A DNA stretch of 64,000 bases from Camelus ferus (lineage: Eukaryota), in the NCBI RefSeq assembly GCF_009834535.1, contig NC_045696.1, positions 101,062,001 to 101,126,000 of the forward strand, read 5' to 3'. Positions 25,916 to 40,681 of the stretch are shown one piece after another. The notes below the pieces were generated by a model, which searched no databases, was not told the DNA's origin, and saw only the letters and a program-made list of their open reading frames with translations. The translations under genes were made by a program, and so were the position numbers. Each line of letters starts with the position of its first letter. Position 1 is the stretch's first letter.

Positions 25916-27394
25916 AAATGATAGTGTATTGACAATTTTTCAAAAGTCCATACATTGAGTGCTAAGTAAAAAAACAAAAAAGCAGAAAATTAGCAATATA
26001 ATCATATATTATAAAACAAGTTACATAAAAATGTCAGTTTAATTTGCAAAATTACATTTTGTTTTTACTTTAACTTTAAAAGTTAAATAAACTAAGATCT
26101 ACTTATTTTTGCTTTTGCTACGTATTTAAGTGCTAACTGAATCTTTCAACCTGAGAAAGAAATTCATCATAGCCATCACATACAAGTCCCCATAGATAGC
26201 ATAAAATATTTAAGTATTCAAATTAAATAAGATATTTAAAAACCATCAAAACTTAATTGCCAGTTGACAGTGCTCGAGTACATTCTTTGAAATATGAAAA
26301 TGAAGCTTTAAAATAATGAAGACTAGTCAGAAGCCCTCATGTGAAAAATAAATATGAGCCATTTGAGATGTTTAATCACAGTATTTCAAGAGGATATTTT
26401 AAATCAATACTCTATAAAGAGAAGTCATTCAGTATTTTAGAATATTTTAAATGAAAAACTGAAAACCACCAGAACTCAGCAAGTTCTTAAAAACAAATCC
26501 CTTGAAAGTGTGCATCATTTGTATTTTTTATGGCCAGATTAGTTTCTTTTCAGTTTTTCTTTTTCCCCTCAGGTTATGTCTCAAAAAAACAAAACAAAAC
26601 AAAAACAAACCAGAGCCTTCAAAGTCCTGATACAATTGTAACAGAAATTCAATGTAGTTTTTCTTGTATTAAAGATAAATCTAGTAATCAAAGTGGCAAA
26701 GTCTGTTTGTTATCAGTCAGTCTGCAGGCAGTGTAAAAGATCAGAGTCTGGCACCAGAAGAGCTCAGGACTAGAAAGCTTGAATTACTTCTGTGGAAAAG
26801 GTGACACTCTCTGGTCTATGTGGAAAGAATACATATCTCCCAGTACTGCTGTGTAAAGCTGATACTTGAAAGGTGCAAGAAACAATATATATATATGTGT
26901 GTGTGTGTATTTGATCCATTATAGAATGCATTCCTGTATACCAAATATTTGAAATAAACAAAAAGCTCTAACTATGCATTTCCATATGAACAAATTACTT
27001 ATTAGAAACAAACAGACCCAACACTTTTACTTGCTTGTCACAGAGACAAGACAGATAAATTTCTAGGAGTGGTATTTTAGTTTCTGTCCCTTAAATCACA
27101 AAGCTCAGTTAATTTTAAAATAAGACTTTCATGATTCTCTGATTTTAAAATCAATGTTTGTGTCTAGTAATAGCTGAAGGAATTTATTGTGAAATTGGCT
27201 GGGCCATTCCACCCTCCAAATAAGGTTGGCTAATTTCTTGCGAGAGGCATGGGCTACATTTTCCACTGTCCCCTTTATACCTGTACCTAGAGTGAAACAT
27301 TTTCAAATTTAAAATAATAAAATCTTTAAAAACACAGACATCTTATTTAAAAAGTCATAAAATAAATGATTATAAAAAGAAAAATGATTCAAAG

Positions 27395-28817
27395 CAGCAG
27401 TTCTCAAAAGTTTTCGGATTCATGATAACTTTTACTCTCAAAGTTATCAAGTGATGCCCCCCCCCAAGTTTGTTTATATAGATTCTATCTCTATATATTT
27501 ACTATACTTGAATGAAAACAAAGGAAAATTAAATATTTATTAATTTGGTTTAAAATAGTAGTAGTAAACCCATCACATGTTAATGTAAATAATGGCTGTA
27601 GTGAAAAATATTTCCCCCTACCCTAAAATTAGTAAGAGGAGTAGCATTGTTTTATATAAGGCTTAATAAAAGAGAGCTGGATTCTAATATTTCCTTCTGA
27701 ACTCAATATTTAGTTATGTATTGCTTTGGTTGAAGCATATGAAGAACATTCAACATTACATTTGTAGTTGGAAAGGAGAGGAGGATTTTAATAGACTTTA
27801 ACAGATAAGTGTACATATCCTTCTTTGATGGTACACCTAAACTCAAGTGGTAGGCTTTTTAAAAATTTGTTTTATTTTTTAGATTAGTTGAAATTTGGGA
27901 TCTAAAAACCAGATCAGGGAGCTTTTCATACCTTGCTACTTTCAAATCTCATTTTATTTTGCATTTTCAATGGATGTCTTACCCAGACATGATTTTGTCA
28001 CATTATATATTAGTCACCTGGAAAACATTGATTTACTGGGTTATGTGAATCTTACGTTGACATGTTTGAGTAAACAATGTAAAAAAACATCACATTTGTT
28101 ATTACCACCAGTCTCATCAGAAAGTCTTAGCCCATGGTGGCTGATAAAACTGTTCTGAATGTCTGATTTTCACATAAAAGCTTAAATCGTATTATTGACA
28201 ACTAATATTATCAGTTGTTTTCCTTAAAGCTACAGACTTAGCTTTATGTTTGAGAAAGTATCTGCCAATAACTGAAGTCTGAATAATCATAGTTTGCTCC
28301 TCAATCATTCTTTCCAATGTGTACCAGGAACAAAAGCTGTTCAGCTCACAACTCAAAAACAATAACGAAGTGTTTTTCCCCATTGCAGTCATTGTAATTT
28401 GATATATGGCAGGGGTACTTCGTGGAAGCTTCCTATTTTGTCACACAGAATAGTAAAAAGATTATTTCTGAGGGTACAGATTTAATAAAATTAATCATTC
28501 TTATTGATGTAATAATAATTTTTTCATGTGAAACTGACTTTTTATTTTATTTATTTATTTTTTTTACTTCTCAGAGTGATGAAGAATACACTGTTGGGAT
28601 TCTCTTGATTAGTGTTAAGGTTCCAGCAATTTTTCCTACCATATCACTTGCACTATTAGTGTAAATGTCACCACAGTAAAAAAAAAAAAAAAAAAAAAAA
28701 GGCACATATGATCATAGTTATAAATACTATGACAGTAGTTCTGACTTTATCAAATAGTTCCTTTGATAAGGTCTGGGAATTTAGGGGACCACACAAACTA
28801 TCCTTTGAAAGCCAATG
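27395..28817 (-). mobile_element. Charlie1a-like hAT DNA transposon (non-autonomous)
   Basis: TIRs cagcagttctcaaa...tttgaaagccaatg; internal reverse matches (gtgtaaatgtca, gatgaagaataca, atgaagaacattc); ~1.4 kb. Confidence 0.85.
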
Positions 28818-28859
28818 AAAAAAAGAATTCAAAATATGGCTAACTCAAAGACATAATGG

Positions 28860-29990
28860 ACACACATTAAAAGGAAACAAAATAACTTGAAGGGGAAACA
28901 GCTGGCTGAATCTGGGAAAATTTGAGCAACAAAGTAAATAATTTTTGTAAGTAATTACAGTCCACTGAGTAAGAATTCATAAAGTCACACTGATTAAATA
29001 CATAATTTAATAATTGAAAGAGAAAGAAAAGCTCTGCTTTACTATAGAAAGCCAAGAAAGCTAAGAAAGCCAAGTAACAATGTAGGAGGAATAACGGAAT
29101 TAGAAAATCATTTGTCAATCATCGCAAAAGTAACTATGGTACTCAGAATCCAAGATGGCCTCCAATTATCTCACTTCCTGATATTCACACCCCATGTACT
29201 CCCCTCCCACACTGAACAGGGTTGCCTGTGTAATGGATAAGATATAGTAGAAATTATGGTGTGTGTCTTCTGAGGTTAAGGTATAAAACACATTGAAGCT
29301 TCTATGTTATTCTCTCTCAGATCATTCACTCCAAGGTTAGCACTTACCATGTCAAGAGGACACACAAGCAGCCCAACGGAGACGCAGGGGAGAAGAGCTC
29401 AGATCATATGCCAGCCAGTGAGGAACAGAGGTCACCTGTCTATAGTCGTGAGTCAGCCACCTTGAAAGCAACTCCTTCAGTTCCAGCCAAGTCTTCAAAT
29501 TGACTATAGCTCCAGCCAACATCTTCTTTGCCACCTAGAAGAGATATTGAATTAGAACCATTTAATGAAGCAGTTTCTGAATTACTGACCCACAGAAACT
29601 GTGAGATAATAAATGTTTACTGTTTTAAGATGCTACATTTTGGAGTAATTTCTTTACACCTCAAAAGATAACAGTAGTCACTTCATGCAAGCTTATCAAT
29701 GGATTCTAAAACTAGAGGTAAAAATCTGAAGAGTAATGGGATATGTGCATAGGTATAAAGTATCATCACACAAATTGTATATCAATTACAGGGAGAAAAT
29801 AGCAACTTTACAGGAGACACAGAGAGAAGAAGGGAGAAAGAGAAGAGAGAAAAAGAAAAAGAGAAAGAGGAGGAAGAAGAACAACGAAAAGGAGAAAAAG
29901 AAGGGAGGTGAGGAAGGCAGGGAGAGAGAGGGAGTCTTGCAATTTTTCTATAGGATTGAAACTATGTCAAAATAAAAAGTTTTAAAAAAA
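28860..29990 (+). mobile_element. L1MC-type 3'UTR, split by MLT1F
   Basis: aatctgggaaaatttgagcaacaaa, catgcaagcttatcaatggattctaaaactag, terminal cttgcaatttttctatagg...aaaataaaaagtttt. Confidence 0.75.
29135..29678 (+). mobile_element. MLT1F-like MaLR solo LTR
   Basis: ccaagatggcctcc...cccctcccacactgaacaggg...gacccacagaaactgtgagataataaatg. Confidence 0.85.
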
Positions 29991-30304
29991 GGAGTCCATG
30001 TATGCAAAATACATTACATGTATATCTATACTTAGATATTTTATATAATTATGTACATATATACCCCATTTACAATTCAGAAAATAAACTGGACCTGTAT
30101 TTTATGAAAATGTAACTTCTTGGATCATAAGGGAAATTAGTTATATTTTGCTCAAACAAAATATTTGTTGGATTAAGATGTTGTTTTACCAAATACATAT
30201 ATATTTCTCTAATATATTGATGAGAATTATAAAAAATAACTAATGTAAATTCCAGAAGAGAGACAGACTCATGAACATTAACGTACAAACTCTAGAGGCC
30301 AGGT

Positions 30305-30380
30305 ATCTGGTAGTTAAATGAGTTAATATACATAAAATGCTTGGGACGTTGCCTAGTACATAATGAGTGGTGTGTTACCT
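30305..30380 (+). mobile_element. MIR 3' fragment
   Basis: ttaaatgagttaatatacataaaatgctt...gcctagtacataat. Confidence 0.65.
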
Positions 30381-30876
30381 ATCAGGTTGCTTTTTTATTT
30401 TGTTTTTTTTTTTAAACAAATAGAAATTTTTAATAAAATTCAGGAAATGAGAATAGATATTCCCTATGTGCTCACTGAATGTTTTGGAATGCCTGGCAAA
30501 GAAGCTTTGTGTACTAACTCTGACTGACATCCATTCTTAGCATTTGTAGAGAAGGACCAATCAGGCTTAAGGAACCCCAGTGCAGCACACACCCAGGCTA
30601 AGACATCTTCCTTAATACCTGATCTTTAAGAGAGCAAGGAATAGACTTAAAATGACTTTACTAAGTCCAGATTCTACTTCAGTAATAAATACAAAAACAC
30701 CTTTGTTTCAAACACTACACTGAAGAATGAATACTTAAATACTTGTAGGTATTTTGAAATAATTCCAAGTACTTTGGAAACTATTATAATTTATTTATAT
30801 CTTATAATTAGAATTGGAGGATACATGTAGAAGTCTTGTTTACTAAGAATTAGCATCTATAAATATTGATACAGAG

Positions 30877-31089
30877 CAGTAGTTCTTTCCTGGGGGGAAT
30901 TTTTTTCCCCTGAGGATATTTGGCAATGTCTGGAGACATTTTTGATCATCACATCCTGGGATGTTCTACTGGAATCTAATGGGTAGAGGCCAAGGATGCC
31001 ACTAAACATACTACAGTGCACAGGATGACTCCCCACAACAAAGAATTATCCACCCCAAATGTCAATACCGCTGAGGCTGAGACACCCTA
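30877..31089 (+). mobile_element. MER20 (hAT-Charlie)
   Basis: tttggcaatgtctggagacattttt, gggtagaggccaaggatgc, ccccacaacaaagaattatcc, caaatgtcaata. Confidence 0.9.
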
Positions 31090-31349
31090 ACGTAGAACAT
31101 ACAATTACAAAACAGTGTTTCTGTAATTCAGACTAAACAGTCTAAAAACACTGTATTAACAAAATCTCCAATGTTTGCCTTTGTTTTTAGAGACATTTTT
31201 AATTTCCTGAGTAATTCTTAGCTGTATGGTGCTTATTTATATGGCTATTTTTCATACATTCCCTTTTTTCCTTTTATTTTCTTTATAGGCAGGGAAAGCA
31301 TCTTGACAAACATTTTCAGTTCCCATATGTTTTAGAATAAAGCTTTGTA

Positions 31350-31445
31350 AACCAGTAATCCTGGGTCTGCTCATAATAGGCAAAATTGTTATCCTCTCTG
31401 AACATCAATTTCCTCTTTTCTCAAATAAGGGAAATCTGATAGGAT
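31350..31445 (+). mobile_element. MIR core fragment
   Basis: aatcctgggtctgc...cctctctgaacatcaatttcctc. Confidence 0.55.
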
Positions 31446-32039
31446 TAGTGGTTTCCAAACTGATCCACGAAATCTAGGTGGTGTTTTTAAACTGCATTAA
31501 GACCAAGAAGCCGGCTTAGCTGAGTGGCCTTGAATCTTTCACTCCTGCTTCAACAGGGGGAGCTGTTCTACACGTATCTGGCGTCCATGTTACTTTCCAC
31601 TTGGACAAACCAACAGGTTTCTCTGCTAACGGATAATATTTTCAAAACCACTGTAAACAAGTTCTCTGCAAATTTTAAAACAGATTACAAGGTTTTACAG
31701 GAAAGCTTTACAGATAAATATTTTCAATATGTTTCAATTTCATTATCTTTTGGAAACACCTTTACATTCAAAACCCTACTAAGTGATGTACTAACTTAAT
31801 TTTTTGATTGATAAATTATTTCACATATATTAATAGGCATGGGACATTTACTAAGCTCCTTCTTTGTATGAAGTCTTGTACCAGACATTGCCGAGGATAT
31901 GATATTCGTTCTTTTTTTTAAGAACCCGACAACAGTGAGAAATAAGACTTGCCCACAAATAAATGAGATAGAAGTTGGCAGTATTTATAGGAATCCATAT
32001 GCTTTCAGGAAGGCATCTAAAGACATTCAGGAAAGGGGA

Positions 32040-32257
32040 CAGTTCTCTTGACTCAGCTTATTGCCACATGTAATGTGGGCGCAAGCCTGTCAGATGGTCT
32101 ACCTTTTCATGAAAAACGTAAAATAAAGATGTTTTATACAAATTATTCAAATTTTTAAATATTGTCAACTTAACCCTTGTTTTAATTACTGCGTGGGCCA
32201 AACCAAACACATCTATAGGTCATTATTTGGTCTAAGACTGCTGGTTTGAAACTTCTG
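32040..32257 (-). mobile_element. MER102-like hAT-Charlie fragment
   Basis: gtgggccaaaccaaacacatct...ctggtttgaaacttctg is the reverse of the CAGAGGTTGCAAACTGG... terminus. Confidence 0.6.
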
Positions 32258-33799
32258 AATTAGAAAGTACCCTCTAACCATTGTTTAGAAAGTTAGGCTG
32301 TGGATGTATCATACACTGGAGTCATTACGCTGATATGTTTGTTTAGATGATTTCATTTCAATATGGCTGTTATGATGGTTAGGAGCAAGAGGTCTTTTAA
32401 AATGGAGGCGAACTGCATGGTAGGTTGGTCTGCTGTCCTTACTTTCTTTGAGGATTTTGACATACAGTGCACATCATTTTTGCATCTACAGTTAAGGAGC
32501 CATTTCCATGAACTACTGAAGAGCTATGACCTGCCCTTGTATCTACTTGTTCCAATCAGCTGAGATGCTTCTCTCACAGATACTCCTTTTCCCTGGGGTC
32601 CTCTCAGTGACCACCTAAACGTGTTTTAGAATTCAAAGCAAAATCTCTTGGCTGTCAAAAATAAATCCTTTATCCATTTTCATTCCTTTGTTCAGTTTTC
32701 TAGTTCTGAATTGTAGATTATAATAGCACTCACAAAAAGGTAGTTCTATTCAAAAGCAATGAATTGTGGTAAATTGTCTGGAGTGGGTTTTCAATTCTTT
32801 CCTTTAAATGAAAAACTGATTATAGCTTTAATGTTTCAGCTACATATGAGGCAGTCACAAAGGAACAATAGGTTAATCAATATATCCAGCAACTTTATCT
32901 AAAAAAAGAAAATCTACTCATAATAATTACCCCTGGAGGGTTGTTTAAGATATGAAATACAGCGGAAAAGATGTTGATTCATTGCTATGAATTTTTGGCA
33001 GCTGTATCCCTTGAAGCATGAAATACATTAGCATTGTCTCCTAATGCTCTCAATAATTGTTCTGAGTTGATGTTTGTCTTATGAAAAAGGTGCTTGATTT
33101 ATTCACAAAACAGCCGGTGACTGAACAATTTAACATGTACAAATAAAATGACCTCTGTATTTTCAATTGACACTTAACCAAAGGACAATGTCAGAAATAA
33201 CTTGCACTATACATAATTGATAAAGGTGTAATTTAATGTTCATTGTTGAAATACTTTTGTCCTTTACAAGTTTTTAAATATTATCAGCTTCCAGTAAAAT
33301 TTATTGCATCATTATATTTGCAGTATAGAGTCTTCCATTGTAAAGAATAATCACCTGCAGTTAAAGGAAAATAAAATAGTGCTTCTTAGGCACTGCATTT
33401 GATTGTTCAATGAAAAGTTCTGCCGAGTACATTGTGCTGACTTCTGTTTTCTGGTTGGTGTAAAGTTGATATTCATACCACAAAACTTCATTTAGGAACT
33501 TGAGAATGAAGGAATCACTAATGTCTGAAAAATCTGTCATCTATCTTCCTAAATATCTATATGTATTTCTATCTTACAATCCTAATACCACTGCGATGTT
33601 CTAGGCACTGTATTAAGTAAGTATGTATAAAAAAATAAATATTTTAGATAAACAGGAATGTACCTCTTTTACACTGGGCAATTTTTAATTTCTCATTTTA
33701 AATAATTTCACATTTTCCAATTATTAATAATGAACATGGATGTAGTTATTAAAAGTTAAGGATATCAAGATAAAAAGAAAAAAATGAGTGTCTTCAATT

Positions 33800-34149
33800 T
33801 GCTGTGGTCTGAATATTTGTGTCTTCCCCAAATTCATATGTTGAAATCCTAACCCCCAAATGTAATAGTATGGCCTTTGTTTGCTTAAATCAGTAGTATG
33901 GAGTCCTCATAACTGGGATTTCTGCCTTATAGGAGATTCTCCAGAGAGACCCCCAGCCCCTCCACCATGTGAGGACACAGTGAGAAGGTGCTGGCTACGA
34001 ACCAGGAAGAGAGCCTTTACCAGAAGGCAGCCATGCTGGCACCTTGATCTTGGATTTTCAGCATCTAGAACTGTGAGAAATACATTTCTGTTGTTCATAG
34101 CTACCTGGCCCATGGTAGTTTGTTATAATGGCCTGAATGGACTAAGATA
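33800..34149 (+). mobile_element. MLT1A0-like MaLR solo LTR
   Basis: tgctgtggtctgaat...caaattcatatgttgaaatcctaacc...ccatgtgaggacacagtgagaagg...actaagata; flanks caatt/caatc. Confidence 0.9.
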
Positions 34150-34427
34150 CCAATCTTTGTGAGAAGTTGTCATTCTTGTCAGAGCTCAACTGGGAAGACC
34201 ATAGTCTCTGAGGAAAAAAATAAAATCTAGCTATTGCATACCAGCCTCTCTTAAAATCTGAAGGACAGTAGGATTTAACTGTTGAAATAAGAGCTTCATA
34301 TGATTTTGTTCACTTTTTTAAAACTTAGCAAGATCTCTCCAGCATTTGGTTTCAATTTAGTGCTGTAATTAAGACTGAGAGCTTAAAATTATTCTCAACT
34401 ACACGATGAATAAAACAAAGAAAACAG

Positions 34428-34556
34428 CAATACCTCCTCCCTCAAAGTGTTGTCTTAGTTATTAGATGAGATACTGGAAGCACAGAGCTTAGAGTAATGT
34501 CTGGCACATGGTAAGTATTCAGTAATTATTAAACGTTTTATTATTAATATTATTAA
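34428..34556 (+). mobile_element. MIR 3' half
   Basis: aatacctcctccctcaaagtgttg...gtctggcacatggtaagtattcagtaa. Confidence 0.7.
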
Positions 34557-35001
34557 TAAAATTTCTGTTTCAAAGCAATAATTATAAATACTTCTTTGGA
34601 AAAGGAAAAAAAGAAAAAAAACCCGACACATGGCTTTGTTAAACCTTGACAGCCTAATTTATCTGTAGGAACAAGAACAGATGGTCATCATATTTGTTGC
34701 ATCAACCCTGTTAGGATTTTCTACCTGAAAATAGCTTTGCCTGAGAACAGTCTGGCTGGTTCTTTCTTTCTTTCTTGATCTACTCAGCAGTCACCTAAAA
34801 ATAGTCTCCTTTATTTAACTGAGCATATGCTTTTCTGTATAATATTTCCTTCTTTTAAAAAACATGTTTATTTTCCTAAAAATTATTTTAGTGCTAGTGA
34901 AAATGTCATTGATTTGCACAAATTCTGTCCACTTTAAAATACTTATTTTTGTAATGAAGATAGTGTTCAATTAAATGCTGTTAATCAGTAGTTTCATAAA
35001 G

Positions 35002-35090
35002 TTTATTTATTTTAATGGAGGGACTAGGGATTGAATCTTAGGACCTTGTGCATGCTAAGCATGAGCTCTATGAGCTATGCTCTCCCTGCC
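35002..35090 (-). mobile_element. Vic-1-type camelid SINE (tRNA-Ala derived), partial
   Basis: Reverse strand shows gcttagcatgcacaaggtcc...ttcaatccc. Confidence 0.85.
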
Positions 35091-37734
35091 TTAAAGAAAA
35101 CAACCTTTGAATAATTTATAGAGGAAGAATGTAAGAACTTCAAGTAAAAAAATAAAAGTATTATTTAGTAAAGATGGTTATCTAATCTGAGCCTATTTCC
35201 ATACAGAAAATAAATAGATTAGATTAGATTATCTCTAAGATCTTTTTCAATTAGAAAATGCTATAAAATTTGGTTTTATAACATTCTCAGTGCTCAGGGT
35301 TTTAATAAGGCAAGGGCAAAACGTAGAAATGCCAACCAAAAAATACTGAATCTTGTTTTCTAATCCTAAACATATTTAGTCAGCCTATTTATAAGCAGCA
35401 TTAAAAAAAAAATCAAATTATAATGACCAAAGCCAAAAATCAGGGATTCCAAGCCCCTGGATAATGACTCTTTTTAGAGACTAAATGATTATGATTTCAG
35501 TCCAACTTCTTCTACATCAAAGGGATTAATTAAAACACATTTAAGTCATCACTATCTTTGATATGATTCTCATCAAAAGTTAGACCCCTAACATTCTAGG
35601 CTTCAAGACACATAAAACCTACACTACAGTATTTCCAGAGCATTTTTTTCTAACTTCTCTGCACTTTGAAGTAAATTTGTAACTTACATAATAACAAAAA
35701 TCAGGGTAATGTGCCAAAATAAATTGCATAGTGTTGTTCGTCACTTTTTCCTAACAAAGAAAAACACCATGTAACCTGTTTTTGTAAACTCATTTTCAGG
35801 TGAAGGTGGAAAGTACAGAGTTTTTTAAAACCTTGCATCTTGATACCACATATTAATACAACAGTTTGACCTTTTCTTTGCTTTCTTTGTTTTTGATAAT
35901 GCACCACGTTACACACAACATTTTCAGACTTGAAATGACAAAGGATCAAGTTTGCATCTATTCCTGAACTTCAGCTCTGTCACCACTTTCCTTGTACATG
36001 GCAAGCTTATTTTATGTTCTCAAATTTTGGAAAAAATTAATTATATTAAAAATGTTATTACTTATAAAATGAGCTTTCACATTGAGTCTAAGCTTTAGCT
36101 TATGATTTTTTACACAATGCTTTAGAATATGTTTCCATGTTCTGGGAGACATGTTAAACAGATTAAAATCTTACATACATTTTTAACGCATGGGGATTTA
36201 TGCTTTTGTCTACTTTGGTTTATATGTGTATACTAAACATATACTACAAATATTTAATAATAATGAACATTAAGTAGATATACCTGTATGTTCTCATCCA
36301 AATTACTAAAAGGTGGACAATATAATAAAAGCTTTTACATTTCAGAAATTCTCTTATTTCCAAAGAAAAGAGTTCAAAATAGGAGTTCCTTCATATTATC
36401 ATATGACTTCTATAGGTACTCTTTTGTCATTTTATTTATTTTAGTTCATTAAATTATCTACTTCATATATTAAATAGTCTACATTTTATATATAGTGTTG
36501 CATTAGAATATAGAAATATAAGAATTGAATCGTTTGTATAATCTATTTTACCCAACTACTTAATCCCATAGAAATGAAATTTTCCTTTACTTGAAAATAT
36601 TGGACACCATAGAGAAGAATATTCCATAAAGTACTTAATCCATGAAAATAGGCAAAAGACAGAGGCTAAGTTTCTTTTTTAGCACTAAGTTAATCAGAGG
36701 TATTGACTGAATACACCTAATTCATTACGTACTCACAGCACACCAGGGCTGTTTTTGAATTCACTAAAAATTAACGTATATACTCCCCCACCTCTGCTAC
36801 ACAACAGGGATATGACTAATCTTTAAAATATTAAATATATAAATAAAATTACAGTAGTTAAACTAATGGAGGGCTGTGTATATTGATATAATTAATATTT
36901 TATCCTTAATTTTATTGGTTTAAACATCTTCATTTTGCTGAAAATAAGAACCAAGGAGAAAATCTCTGAATTTAAACATTCTCTCAAAAAATGCATTTAT
37001 TAGTGACATGGTGAATTTAAACATGGTTGGGAGAAAGAATTGCTGTATCTGTTATTGTCTGGATTTCTTTCTTCTGTTTCTCTTCAACTCTCACATACAT
37101 AAACTCAAAATCCATTTCTAAGGCAAACTTAGAACTTCTCCATGTAGCAACTCATTTATAAGATTAATAGGTATAGTTTATTTAAATAAACGTGGCTAAA
37201 TTGTAAGCCACTAAGCTATTATAAATTTTTGCAACATCCTCATTAAAAATGAAGATAGGTGTTACAGAGAGTTTGTTGATTTAACTCATATAAGACATCT
37301 TCACTCCAATGACTTTAGAAATAGAAATAGGGGACTTGCATAAAAATAAAGAATCTCAGAATGATTATAGATTTTTGAAGATGTAACCTAAAAAGTGTTG
37401 AGAAAAATGAGACTTTTTATTTTGAAAAGTCAGACACGAAGATTTCCTTAATGAAACCTTTCAAAAGGCTTCTTTGAACTCAAATAAATAATTAAAATAG
37501 TTTTGGTAAGAGCTAACTCTATGGGAATCAGAAACATATGGATTGTAGAAAAACTCCTTTAGGCCAAACTCATTAAAGGTTTTGCTAATGCAAAACATTT
37601 GAAAAACGGAGCATAAGCTGGCTGAATCTAAAACAACTCTGATTTTCACTAGATTTAATTACTGAGCAAAAGGAGTCCACATTTGCTTCTTTATAACACC
37701 ACCTTTTTCTTTACAAAACCATACAAAATATCGA

Positions 37735-37860
37735 TTAATTCATTCCAGAAACATTTACTGAGTATCTATTTTATACCATTATTGTTTTAGACTTTGGATA
37801 TACAACATTGAATAAGGCAAAATATCTGCCTTAAGGAGCTACATTCTAGTGAAAAATAAG
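37735..37860 (-). mobile_element. L2 3' end
   Basis: attcattccagaaacatttactgagtatctat...tgccttaaggagctacattctagt. Confidence 0.75.
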
Positions 37861-38989
37861 GAAATATCATAATATCAATATAACACAATTTAATATTAGT
37901 TTGTGGATTGTTTTTCATATGGATTAATTTAATGTATTTCTATGGTCGGCTGTAACACAAAAATCCTTAAAGAGGAAACAGAAAGAGGCAGGACTATGAG
38001 GAATCCTGTAGTACCTGTAGTACTTAGAGCTTCCAACAAGTTATTTTTGACAACCCTTAAGTAACCAAATATATTTTTGCATTATTTCTTCATTAATATC
38101 TGAAAGTTTTTGCTCTTAAATTCTTGTACCTCAAAGAGGGAGTTCTCTGAACTATTAAAACGTCAACATTTCTGCTCCAGAAAAAGTTTGAGTAGCATCA
38201 TCTCCTGAAAACAATCTGGCTGAGCTAAATGTGGTTTGGGATGCAGAGAATATGTCCAGGAATGAGAAAAGGAGCCCGTGTTTCAGTTCCTTTTAGCCTA
38301 TGCAAGTGTTACATTGTTTGATTTGTAAGACCTTATCATGTTCAAAGGTATGCATGAAATCCCATTTCAAAGGCAAATCTAAGTACTTTAAAATTAGTGC
38401 TCTCGAATTTCCCTTTAGAAATGCATGCAAGCAAAAAGTGTTGGAACTATATTAACATCCTGGTCATCGTTTACAATGTGATTTTTAAGGTTGATGATTA
38501 AAGTCAGAATCAAACAAAATCCAAATCAACACACTTTTACTGAGATGCTGTGTTGTTACAGTGTGCCGGGTGCTGTGTGGGAAACAAAAGAAGCATAGTA
38601 CGTACATCCTTCCTTCCAGAAAATTAAAACCACACAAGGCGACATAGGGTGTAAAACGGTGCAGACAGTAGCTACTCCAATCCTTCCTGCTGTCATGACA
38701 CTTTATGTTTATCTTTGGGCACTTGGCACAGTGGAATTCAGTAGTAGAGAAGAAGCTAGTTTATATTTATATTTATAATGCCAACTTTTCACAACGTGCC
38801 AAAGTTTACTAACCTTTGAATAAATTCTTTCAAACATTGATGAGTCCAGGCCCAGAACTAACACAACTAGAGTAACTGGAAAATGCTTTACAGGGAAAAT
38901 AAACAAATAAACTATGAGAAAAGGCAGACATGGGAAGAGAAAATGAAGGGATAAGTCAGTAGCAAATATACCACCAAAATGTAGACACA

Positions 38990-39600
38990 GAAATGGGCAC
39001 GGTACAGTCACGGATTAGTGAGGACTCTGTTCTGGCAGGAACAAATGGTAGGGAAGGAGTCAGGAGATATTTGGATAAATAAGTGGCTTAATCAACGAAA
39101 GCCTTGCTGGCCAATCCAAGAAACTTTGACAATTTCTGGAAAGTAATGTGGTGTCACTTGAGGAAATGAACAAGGAACATGAGGAGAGGAGAATTTTTCA
39201 CTACAATGAACCATGCTGCAATTTTAAAATAGCAACAAAAACAACAAGAAGAATGAGAGACGGCACAATAGTTTGAATATAAAGACTTGGCCAGGAAAAA
39301 TCACAACAGGAATGGAAATGAAAGAACTGACAAAACAGTTCATATTTTACAATCACAGATTTTAAGATGAATTAAAAATAAAAAGTATCATTCCATAGAC
39401 TTTGTTTTCAAGACGAACGACACAGCACATTTGAAGGCAGGGCTATATGATGGAGATGGTGGAAAAATCCAGGATTACATTAGAAAAGTAAGTATGAGGT
39501 GAGGCATGAAATATTAACTTGAAGTCATTGGTGTTGAGTGACAAATAAATGCATCCTCTTAGATCTAGGCTCAGAGATGAAGGTCTTAACTTTGCGCGTA
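38990..39600 (-). mobile_element. Degenerate L2 fragments
   Basis: gccttgctggccaatccaagaaactttgac..., L2-like antisense. Confidence 0.45.
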
Positions 39601-40681
39601 ATCAAGTAAGACCCAGAGCGTATCCGGGAAGCTTGGATGATGAGTTCTGGATGGTGTCCAAATCAGGGAACAGTTGGAAAAGGAAAATATCTTTGCTCTT
39701 GTCTTAATAGTTCAGTTCACAGTTTGGAGTGAGGCAGGAGTCATCCTCAGGTATCATTCTATAAGCACCCATTATATAGTAACTATTTCCAGGCATTATG
39801 TAGGCAGGGGAAAGAACTGGTAAAACATAATCCCTGTTTTTGAAAATCTTACACTCTTGTCAGAGAAAGAGATGGCAAGTGTATTAATGGATAAGTACTT
39901 AACCTTAATTAGAAGTATTAGGAGGAACTTAAATGAAATTATGACTGTTTTTGTTTTGTTTTGTTTTGTCTTGTTTTGCTTTTGTTTTCTGAGTTCTAGG
40001 GAGGAGAGAAAGAGAATATCACAGCAGGGAGCTGCCTTGTGGGGCTAAAACATGCAGAAATGACAAGACAATCTGTTGGAAGAATTTCAAGTTGTTCACT
40101 ATGTACAAATCTCTACTGTAGTCTATATAACTGGAGAGTGATTAAAGCAAAGAATACCTGGTTATATAAAACATAACCTTCATATTATTGGTTGTAACAT
40201 CTATTTTTAAATTGCTTGTAATAAATGTAAAAGGAAAATAAATGCTACTTTTTTCATTATCCATATTACTTAAATAAAAGAAAATCTCATTAAACCTTAA
40301 GCCAGTGGGATTTTCTAATTGACTAAATAATTATTTAATAAGTGATCATTTGTTTCTGTGGAATCTTCAGACAGGGCCAATAGAAACAATTAAGTGTTTA
40401 TCTGTGGGGGTGTGTGTGCACCATAGAGTCAAACCTGGGGGCAGGAGCCGCTGAACATCAGCCATGGTCTTGCTGTTGACAGTCCACAGTACCGGGTAAC
40501 TATTAGAATGAACTGATAAATAATAGAAGGATATGATAAGCAGCCCTTTCAGACAGAGGAGTGGAGAATGCTGCTCAAAGAGCTAGTCATGGCTTCCAAA
40601 TCCCTATATAAAAGAGGAAGCTGTTTTCATTGTGACCTGGGAGGAAAGAAATAATGCCTGGCATGTATTTAAAGTGACATA

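Noticed and set aside
27895..28664. ORFs inside the Charlie element (possible transposase)
   Set aside because: Internally deleted element; the ORFs are short and interrupted
39630..39740. C-box-like ATGATGA (possible snoRNA)
   Set aside because: No D box at a suitable distance and no terminal stem
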